64,000 bases of DNA from Eledone cirrhosa (lineage: Eukaryota), in the NCBI GenBank assembly GCA_964016885.1, contig OZ024741.1, positions 334,800,001 to 334,864,000 of the forward strand. The letters are read 5' to 3'. The position numbers and the translations under genes were made by a program. Shown here piece by piece: positions 54,161 to 64,000 of this stretch. The first letter of the stretch is position 1; each line of letters opens with the position of its first letter. The notes under the pieces are model-generated. The model was not told the DNA's origin. It saw only the letters and a list, made by a program, of their open reading frames with translations, and made no database searches.

Positions 54161-55082
54161 TTACTTTTTGCACTCACACACATATAGGCACATACACACA
54201 CACATATATATACGCACACACACACACATATATATATGCACACACACACACATATATATATGCACACACACACACACTCAAACATGACCATACACACACA
54301 CATAGCATCATAGTTTCTGCAGCTGTTTGACTCTTTGTAACATAAACACCCCTTTAACAATGACAAAGTATTTATTGGAAAAGTGTGTGTGTGCATTTGT
54401 GTATTTGCGTTTCAATGTTTTTGTGTGTGTCATTGTGTGAGCCAGTTGTGTGTGTGCACATGTGTGCCTGTGTGTGTATCCATGCATTTGAGTGTTTGTA
54501 AATGTGTCTGTACTTGAGTGTGTTCATATATTTCATGTGTCTAATTGCTTTATAATATGTGTATATCTATATTCCTTCAAGATTACAGGCACACAATTTC
54601 ATATGTATGTTTATGTATATTTGTATGTATATATATATATATATATATCATCATCATCATCATCACCGTTTTACGTCCGTTCTTCCACGCTAGCATGGGT
54701 TAGACCGGTTGTCCTGTTGTGGGCAGTGTCCGGTCGGCTGACCATGTCTTGCTCATACGGGAACTGATTCTGGCTTGATTTCTACAGCTGGATGCCCTTC
54801 CTAACACCAACCTCATTTACAGTGAGTGCTGGGTGCTTTTTCGTGGCGCCTACACGTCCACTTTACAGTGTGGGCTGGGTGCTTTTGTGCTGTGGCACAT
54901 CCACGACCACTTTGCAATGGAATGATAGGGCCCCAGTCCTATCATCTCATTTCTACAGCTGAGTAAACTGGAGCAATGTGAAATAAAGTGTCTGGCTCAA
55001 GGAAACAACACATCACCCGGTCCGAGAATTGAACTCACAACCTTTCGATTGCAAGCCCAATGCTCTAACCACTCATTCTTGA

Positions 55083-55925
55083 GTGCTACCGGTAATATGT
55101 AACTCCTGTACAACCTGTCACATGGTCGGGTTGTCAGTGCCTAAACTGGCAACGCCACGAAGCTTGCTTGATGAGGAGGGCAATGTTTTGGGCACCCTGC
55201 TGGATGAAAAACAAAACCCATCAAAAGGCGGAAGAACTCAGGAGAGTCAGCAGCCATCCAATAGGGTAATACATATATGTTGTGTGCAGATGTGTATATC
55301 CGGGGTGTGATAGACACCTAGCTCTCATATCAGGGTGTCCATCTAGGAGAGGGTAACTTCATATATAGAACCTGAAATGCAGTTATTTTCTGGTTGTCCC
55401 AATCTTTGTTGGGCCAATAGTGTCAGGCCTGCTGCTCTGAAAAGTGGGTTTAACCTTGTGCAAAACTTTATCTACTCTAAACTAATTACCACACAGGATC
55501 TTCTTGGACTCTTGGAACGGTATTAAGAATTTCAAAAAGCCCTATGGTGATGGGCATGCAGTGAAGTATACAGGCCTAACAAACTGGGAGTAGGTTATTG
55601 TTAACCTGCATGTAGGCAGCGTGGGATATTAGTCAGTTTGCCACCAATTTAGCAATGGTGCAATTTGGCAGCACTCCAGGTGACTGATCAGCCCGTTTGA
55701 AGGGAATATCACTACTCACCTGCTAGCAGGAGGGACCTAGAAAAGGTGGTCTATACAAAGTTTGCCGATTTCCAAACTGGCCAGCAACCCACGGATGTCA
55801 GTTGTACCTTATGTGAGTGAAGTACAAATGATCAAGAAAACACTCAGTAAAAAACTGGACAAATACGATGGTTTAATCTGAAGATTGCATGCTGGTATAT
55901 CTGTACACTGTTGGATTTGCCAGGC
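55083..55925 (+). mobile_element. probable LINE 5' UTR and start of APE endonuclease, decayed
   Basis: GC-richer segment ending in LKIACWYICTLLD (~55878-55916), which resembles the IxTWNVRTL start of RTE endonucleases. Confidence 0.45.
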
Positions 55926-56634
55926 TCTGCTCTTCTTGAATGCCACACTACTCTAATTTTCTTTCAAAAGGGATGTGACAAGCACCTTATTTTCTTTAAA
56001 CTAATCTTGGTATTTACATTTAACACGACCAGGCATAGTGACAGCAGCAGCCGCATGCAATAAAGAATAAGTGGTGGCACAAGAAGGTCTTGGAGATTCA
56101 GGTATTTGCTGACAAGTGAGACTCAAAGTTTTGTACCACCAGTTTTGTCCAGTCTATGGTCCACCTACCTCTGTCTTTATACCTTTGAGAGCAAAGACTG
56201 GTAATGTGCTTTTACCATAAGCTAGATGAAATCTGGATGTGCTAACGTCTTTGCCAGTTCACTGTAACCAAACTTTTATTTACTGTAAGGTCATCTTTAT
56301 GAAACCTGGACATGGAATCATGGCATTTGTTTAAGGTGATGTATCTGTATTGAACTTATAACATTGATTGTTCCACAGAATATATTGTAGCCCAGCACTT
56401 AGATTAATTTCACAATAAATTGGGAGTCAGAGAAAATTGATATCCAGGTGTATTGCTAACGAACATGAATGTCCGATTGTATTCTATTATGAATATTGGC
56501 TTTATACGTAAATATATATGTGGCTTCTTGACTCTCCTATATTCTGACATCTTAACCACTTCCTTACTATAATCCAAATCATTTAAAAAATAATGAAGAA
56601 TTTTAAAGGTTTCAGAACATAACTTTAAACAAGA

Positions 56635-57300
56635 TAGAAAATCAGTGCTGCAAAAACTGAGACACTCATCCTCTCAAGGAAGCTTGCACAGTGCACTCTA
56701 CTACATGTGAATGGATTTCCACTGAAGCAGGTAGAGAAGTTCAAGTATCTCAGAACCGTGTTCATGAGTGGTGGAAGGCAGGAGGCTGAATTAAGTGCAA
56801 GAATTACAGGAGCTGGTGCAGTAATGTCCCAGCTTCAATATTTAGTAATCAGAAGAAGGGAGGTAGATGTCAAAGCCAAACTCACTATCTTCAATTCGGT
56901 ATACATGCCAACCCTTCCCTATATTCATGAATCTTGGGTAATGACCAAAAGAATACGATCGTGAATACAAGCGGCCGAAATGAGGTTCCTCCAAAGGGTC
57001 TGTTACTCGATAGATTGCGTAGCTCAGAGATCAGAGAGTTGCTCCAAGTAAAGACGCTACTTCTCTGAATTGAGAGATCATATCTTTGACACTTTGGGCA
57101 TATGTGGTTTGAGTGTCTCAGGAAAGAATCACTGGACAGATTTTATGGGCAAAACCAACTGGCAGGAGACCCAGGGGTAGGCTCCGAGCAAGATGGTTGG
57201 ATAACATCTATGAACTTAGCTGTTCTCACTTGGGGATCCAGCTGGACCAGTTGGAGATGGTTGTTTCTGACAGAACCTGTTGGAAGGAGTGTCAGAGAGT
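56635..57300 (+). mobile_element. RTE-like LINE 3' fragment, third family
   Basis: LKQVEKFKYL, HESWVMT and PTGRRPRGR..RWLD motifs. Related decayed pieces at ~7500-7930 (+) and ~35680-35875 (-). Confidence 0.8.
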
Positions 57301-58729
57301 TAACATAACTAACATTTTTATTATTAAGCTGGTGTTTAGAACGTAACTTAACAAAGGTATTTACATAACACTTTTGTTGCCTTATTTCTAATAAAAGACT
57401 CTCTCTATAATTACCAAATCATTTTGAAAATAATCAAGAATTTAGTAATATAACTAACTTTATCATTATTAAGCTGGTTTTGGAACATATGAAAGTTTCT
57501 TACTTAAAATTCAATGGAAGGTTTTTAGGTAAATATAAACACTTTAAAATAAACTGACTAATATCATAAAACCAGGAGCAGTTTCATGAGAATTGGTATC
57601 AAAGTAGTTAACCATTTCCAGTAATTTACCTACAATGAGGACTTATCAACACGCTTCATAAGACATACCTGCTGTCTACTGTTACCAAAATGTCTTCTTT
57701 AAATTGTCCCCAGCCACCAGTTCATAACTTAGCAAAACATATAAATGAATGACTGATTACAGTGTTTTTTTAACAAAAAAAAAGAGTAAATAAATAAATA
57801 AATAAATAAAATCCCCCCCCCCCCCTTCTCACTCTCTATCTTTCTATTTCATCTTTTATTTCTCATCCTATGTTCTGATGAATGAATAGTGTCTAAAACG
57901 TTAAAGACTCTTTTCCTACTATATCAAGCACTAAACTAATATATTTCTTCATTGTAATGTATTGTTTGCTTTGTTATTTCACCATCATCTCATCATCTTC
58001 GTTTAACGTCCGTTTTCCACGCTAGCATGGGTTAGACGGAGCATGTTTACTATTTACACACACACACACACACACACATATTCGGGTACAACTTCTGATT
58101 TAGCCTAAGAAAATATCTATATGCGTGTGTAATTTATACAAGCATATATTTATTTTTTTATTTCCAATTGAGTTCTTAAACACGTTGGATTGATAATGTT
58201 TTCAAAAAAACTAATTAACCCGCTTGTATATTATTTTATTTTCCTCATTTCGTGGATCGTGGGTTGTCTCCCCTTCCCGCTTCATGTCGCTATGATACTT
58301 CCTCAGTCAAAAACTGCTGGAATTTCAAATTTGGCGGTCATTCGAGGTGAGAGAGCGACTTTACGGACATGATTTTTGACAGCGGTAAGAAATTGTTTTC
58401 TTATATCAATGTTTAATGGGCTTCCACTGATGATTTATAAGTGCCCACCTAAATATACTCTTACATGAATATATATTAGGCTTCTACATAAACTGGAAAC
58501 ATTCTCCCAAACTTGTAGAAAACTTATAATGAAACAATTGTTTGGAAAGAGAGATATACTTTAACTTTAATTATATCTCATAAAATAATACAACTGGTTT
58601 TTCCACATTATACATATTGTTAGCACCCTAAACACTTAAATTGGGTTTATATTTTAATATAACCTAATGTTTGTTGAGTGAGATGGTTACCAGTCAGAGT
58701 TTAGCTTTAAACTATCTCTGTTATTGTAT

Positions 58730-58768
<39 letters not shown>

Positions 58769-58820
58769 GATGATGATGATGATGATGATGATGATATACA
58801 TATATAGAGAGAGATTTTAA

Positions 58821-59010
58821 ATATAGAAATGGCTTCTACAGGACTTGAATAGTTTCATTCGAAGGAAATCATCAGGAAAGCTGATGATTTCCTTCGAATG
58901 AAACAGTTCTAGTCCTATAGAAGCCATTTCTATATAAAAAATGTATACTCTATGTATTGAGTACCTTACTTACTGTGGTTACCCAACATTTAACCCAGGA
59001 TACACATATA
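58821..59010 (+). mobile_element. fold-back element centred next to an HHR core
   Basis: Arms 58821-58875 / 58881-58935 with a GAAAG loop. The right arm begins CTGATGA-TTTCCTTCGAAT-GAAAC. Confidence 0.7.
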
Positions 59011-59166
59011 TATATCCACCAATGAACCTGCAATTGACCAAGTGTGGTTAGTACAGCTACACCTCTGACATGACCAAAGCCAAAGAGAAAGTGGTGAAGG
59101 TCAACCAGGGAAGGGTTCTTCCAATAGGAATCAGAACGCCTTGAATTGTGGATTAGACACATGCAT

Positions 59167-59196
<30 letters not shown>

Positions 59197-59197
<1 letters not shown>

Positions 59198-59371
59198 ACG
59201 AAGGAATTGTGGTAAGGAACAAGATGGACTATAACGCACCAAAGTACTCAATACTTAGTGTAGTATTGAGTATATAGACGGCAGAGCTCAAGCCGTTTCG
59301 ATGGCTATTTCTGTACAGAAATAGCCATCGAAACGGCTTGAGCTCTGCCGTCGGAGTCATACTTGTTCCTA
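59197..59371 (-). mobile_element. fold-back element family A, copy 3
   Basis: Perfect palindrome 59277-59352 centred on CTGTACAG. Tail on the left in reverse orientation. TA-flanked. Confidence 0.8.
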
Positions 59372-59506
59372 TATATATATATATATAAAATGCACAAGAT
59401 TGAATTTTCTAAGGGGTGACCAATGAGGACAATAGAAGCTTTTGTTCGTTTGCTCTATGTATTTATTTTCGTGTTTCTCTCTATAAATTTGCTATTATAT
59501 ATATAT

Positions 59507-59552
<46 letters not shown>

Positions 59553-60005
59553 GTTTATTTCACCAAGAGACAGGGAAGTTTTAAAAATTTCTAATGTTAT
59601 TCAAAAAAAGTAAATCTAATTTAAAAATTATTACACCAAAATGATTTAAGTCTGAATAAAAATCTGGTTTCGTTTAAAAAAACTAAGGAACAATAAATAA
59701 TCTAAGTACTTCTTCTTAAAAAAAAAAACATAACCACACACACACACACACATATATATATATTACTAGGCTTTCCACAAGAGAATTTCTCATTTTCATA
59801 GAATAAAATGAAATACTCTGGAGAGAGAGAGAGATTGTGTGTGTGTGTGTGTAAGGGAGAGAGAGAGAGGAGGCTGTGCTTTCTAATTGAATTTTATTCT
59901 CTAGCAATAAATTTTACTGGCTCCAAGTTTAGTCTATTATTGTTACAGTTAACTTTTCATATACAGAAACATAGAGACTAAATTCTCACCATATATACAT
60001 ATATG

Positions 60006-61290
60006 ATAATAATGAAAATATTGTATACAGTGCTCAGGTGCACTACAACTCATCAAAAGTGTATGTATAGTACATAGGGTAAGGAACAAACGTCAGGAAA
60101 ATGTACAGTGCATGAGTCATGATATACACATGTGTGCATGTGTATGGAAGGGGGACATCAGGTGTAGTTTTGGCGAATTTCGGGAAGCATGAGGGTTTTA
60201 AAGGATGCAGTGTCTCGGCAGCTAACAACTGATGCAGGTAGTTTGTTCCATGCTTTAGCAACTCTGAGCGTGAAAAAATGTTTCCAAAAGTCATGGGAGC
60301 TGTGCTGTTTTCTGACTTTGTGGGCATGTCCCCGCATGTTAGACACATGGAGATCAAAAAGGTGCTCAGGGTTGTTGTTGGCGAGATGGTTAATAAATTT
60401 GTGGGTGTTTACCAAGTCCATTGCCAGACGTTGGAGCTTCAATGAATCAATGCCCAGGGAAGCAAGGCGTTCAGAGTATGGTAGGTGTATGATGGAGGGT
60501 ATGCGCTTGGTTGCACATCTCTGAACAGTTTCCAGGTCAATGTTCTGAGCAAGATAGGGGTTCCAGACTGATGATGCGAATTCCAAGTGTGGTCATACCA
60601 TAGCTGTATACAGCTTTAAATAGATGGCTGGAGAGCGGCTAACAAAGGTCTTGCTGAGTGATGCCAAGACACCCTTGGCCTTCTTGACAATCTTAGAGAC
60701 ATGCTTTGTCCAACACAAATCGCTGCTGACAGTAATGCCCAGGTTACGTTCACAAGAGGACTTCTTGATATCAGTGTTGTGGAGGGAGTATGTGGACGCT
60801 AGAATTTTCCTCCCAAAATGCATGGTGGTACACTTGTCCACAGCCAACTTCAGTTGCCAGTCTGTGATCCATTGATGCCTTGTGTCCAGGTCTGATTGTA
60901 GGAAAGAGTTATAGATTTCAGGATCTGTCCTTTTGATTTCAAGGTACAGCTTGATGTCATCTGCATATTTCAGTACTGTGGCATTCTTTAAGTTGGCATC
61001 TATGTCATTAATGTATGCAACAAACAAAAGGGGACCAAGAACAGATTCCTGTGGTACACCAGATGACATCTCATATGGTGAAGAATGCTATCCTAGAACC
61101 GTGACTACCTCTTTTCAGCTGAGAATGAAGGATTTCAACCAGTTAAAAAGATCATCCTTCACAACCATTGCAGAGAGTTTCGCCATAAGTCTTTTGTGTG
61201 GCACAGAATTAAAAGCCTTAGCGAAGTCACGGTAAACAACATCCACTCATGAGCCGCTGTCAGTGATCCGGGTAATGTTTTCAAGGAAAT
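60006..61290 (-). mobile_element. CR1-clade LINE 3' fragment (RT)
   Basis: DFAKAFNSVPH, SGVPQESVLGPLLF, KYADDIKLY, EFASSVWNP, VQRCATK and FFTLRVAKAWNKLP motifs; short (ATT)n tail. Confidence 0.9.
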
Positions 61291-63422
61291 GAAGCTGATG
61301 AAAAGTTTTAGCACAAAATCTCTTATTTAGTTTACTGCTTCCCAACCCCACGTTCTCATTCGCTCACACAAACCAACATACACAAATATCTATCTATCTA
61401 TCTAAATTTTCAATCTATTGATCATATCTATCTATTGATCATATTGGGTCTATCTCCTAATATATCTATCAGTCCAACAATCTATCAGTCTATCTATTTA
61501 TCTATCCCTCCATCTTTTATTTATTGGTCTATCTATCTATCTATTTACTATCTATTTACTATCTATCTACCTATCTACCTACCTATCTATCTATCTACAT
61601 AGATATCCTCCTACCTATATATCTACCTGCCTATCTAACCAATTTACCTACCTACCCATCCAACTACCTAACAACCTTCCTGCCCATACATATACCTACC
61701 CATCTACCTACCTATCAACCTGCCTGCGTGGTCCAGCTCCCTTCACTAAAATTCTGCTGAGGCAGTTTTGCCTTTCATCCTTTTGCGGTTGAAGTACCAT
61801 TAAGTTAAAACTGTGTTACATAGCGTTGATTAATGTTTTCTTCATAAAGATTGTGTCGGATTTACCATTGTGCTTAGGTGTGCTTAAGCATATGGCCCTG
61901 TTGGCCAGGAAGGGTCATCTTTCAACGCCCCAAACTTTTTTTTTTTTTACTGGGCCTACCACCTTCAGGGCCCCAATTTGTCCTAAACCCAGCTCTAACT
62001 ATGTATGTCAATCGGTCACACACAACAAAGGTGTCGGAGCCTCTCTCTAATACGTTTTGAGGCAAATCAGCACACTGGCAGAATTGCCTCAGGTGTTTGA
62101 TTGGCTTTGCCAGGTTTAGAATGCCCGTGGCATGCTGCATATCATTCAAGACTCCATCATGTGTTAAAGGCAAAGATATGCCTATATATGGTATAGACCC
62201 ACAACTCTTGAGGGAGTCATAGTGGCGCCATATTGACGTATGACATTTCTTAGGGCACTTATTAAACCTGCCTGAGCCCATCCTCTCTCCACGCCTGAGT
62301 ATTGCAGATTTCTTCTAGATAAGGATAGAAAGTGAAAGAAAGGAAGTAAGAAAGAGATATAGAGAAAGTATCGACTCCAGTACATGACTGGTACTTTTTT
62401 AAATCAACCTCGATGAGATGAAAGGTAAAGTTGACTTAGGTAGGATTTGAACTCAGAGACAAGGTAGCATGAATGAATACTGCAAAGCATCTATCTGATG
62501 TTCTAACGAATCTGCCAATACGTTCTTGCAAACTGGCATAGCTTGGAAGTGTGTGTGTGTGTGTGTGCATATGTGTTTGCATATATGTGTGTGTGTGTAT
62601 GTTGAATAATTGTATGTATCCGGTTTAGAATAGGTACATTGTATTCCTGCATGTCATAAGAAACGACTAAAAGGAGTTGGTGTTGGGAAGGATATTCAGG
62701 TGTAAAATATTACCTCAAGCTCCCTCGTTCTCGTGACAACGTGGAAAAATCGACTTAAAAACGATGATATATATATATATATATATATATAAGTGTGTGT
62801 GTGTATGTGTGAATGCGTGTGTGGTCAACCCAAATAGACAGGCGCATAACCAAAAGCCTTCCAGCATGGACACATCTCGTCTTTTTAGGGTGTATGTGTA
62901 AAGGACTACATTATCAAGGTCTTTTCCTTTTTAAAAGACATTGAGTGTATGATTTGAGGGAAATTGGTTGTTGCTTTTAGCGGGTGAGGTGGCCACGCTG
63001 AAGCATCCTCTTGTTGATTAATCACAATGGCAAAATAATTGCAATAAGCCACATTCAGTTGTGTGTATCCTAAGTGAATTATGAAAATATACCAACTATA
63101 GTTGCATGTATACGTGTGTGTGTGTGAGTGTGCATTCGTTTCATAATTAATAATAATTTAGGCACAAATCCAACAATGCTGGGGGAAGGGAAAGTTGATT
63201 GAATCTTCTCCAGTGCATTACTGGTACTTTATTTTATCAAAACCGTAAGGATGAAAAGCAAAACTAATCTCGGCAGGATTTGAACTCAGATTGTAAAAGA
63301 GCCGTAACATTTCAGAATTAATAACAATCAAATCCCAGGGAAATCCCACGTTTTATAATGGGGTCGATTTAATCGACTTTCCCCTCCCCTAAAATTGCTG
63401 GCCTTGTATCTATATAAGAAAC

Positions 63423-63462
<40 letters not shown>

Positions 63463-64000
63463 TTCTGTTTTGATCTATTGATCTTCAACATCCATTTTAA
63501 ATATTTACTACGTGTATCAACTTACTATACCATATCTGATAAAGATTTTCAACTCCGGTGAGCTTAACTTGTACAAGGGAAACAACTTTTGTTGGACTAA
63601 ATTATTTTAACCATCGCAGCCTTAAGACCGATTAATTAGAACATATATCGATTGAAGTATTGCACACACGCAACCGAAATATTGTGAAGTAGTGGTGGTT
63701 TTGGTGTTGTTGGTGTTGGTGGTGATGGTGAGGATGGTGGTGGGGGTGTTGAGGTTCTTGGTGACGGTGGTGTTGTTGTTGTTGTTGGCGGTGATATTGT
63801 TGTTGTTGTTGGCGGTGGTGGTGGTTGTGAGAGAGAGAGCAGAGGTAAATACATATATTTATAAAGCCCAAATGTAGATATATTTCTTTATTTGCCACAA
63901 GGCCGTACAAGAAAAGGGGATAATACAAAGACATATGCCAGGGATTTTACATACAATCGTGTAAAAAAATTTTAAAACAAACAAATTCAACAATCGAAAT

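Noticed and set aside
55083-55250. HDV-like ribozyme at a LINE 5' end
   Set aside because: Expected in RTE elements, but I could not assign the nested double pseudoknot by eye.
61922-62385. Unique-sequence ORFs of 119 and 67 aa
   Set aside because: No motif or splice support, and they partly overlap a MITE-like segment.

Overview
AT-rich eukaryotic intergenic or intronic DNA, saturated with (TA)n/(CA)n microsatellites and transposon debris. The repeat content resembles an octopus (coleoid cephalopod) genome; this is an inference. I could not support any host protein-coding exon, and nearly all short ORFs are microsatellite translations. Recognisable elements are a near-complete Penelope-like retroelement (PLE; RT plus GIY-YIG, ~20880-24078), a second truncated PLE (17728-19584, minus strand), RTE-clade LINEs with a PHD-like finger inside the RT, a CR1-clade LINE fragment, tRNA-derived SINEs, and mariner, piggyBac and hAT MITEs. 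The main signal is a set of short fold-back insertions in (TA)n tracts from several unrelated families, many carrying minimal type I hammerhead ribozymes (HHRs). I count 5 intact-looking and about 10 decayed HHRs. One fold-back shares a codon-conserved peptide and its 3' end with the PLE terminus. In two insertions the inverted arm starts exactly at the predicted cleavage site. Together these suggest a PLE-driven, ribozyme-defined, microsatellite-targeted system of non-autonomous retroelements.
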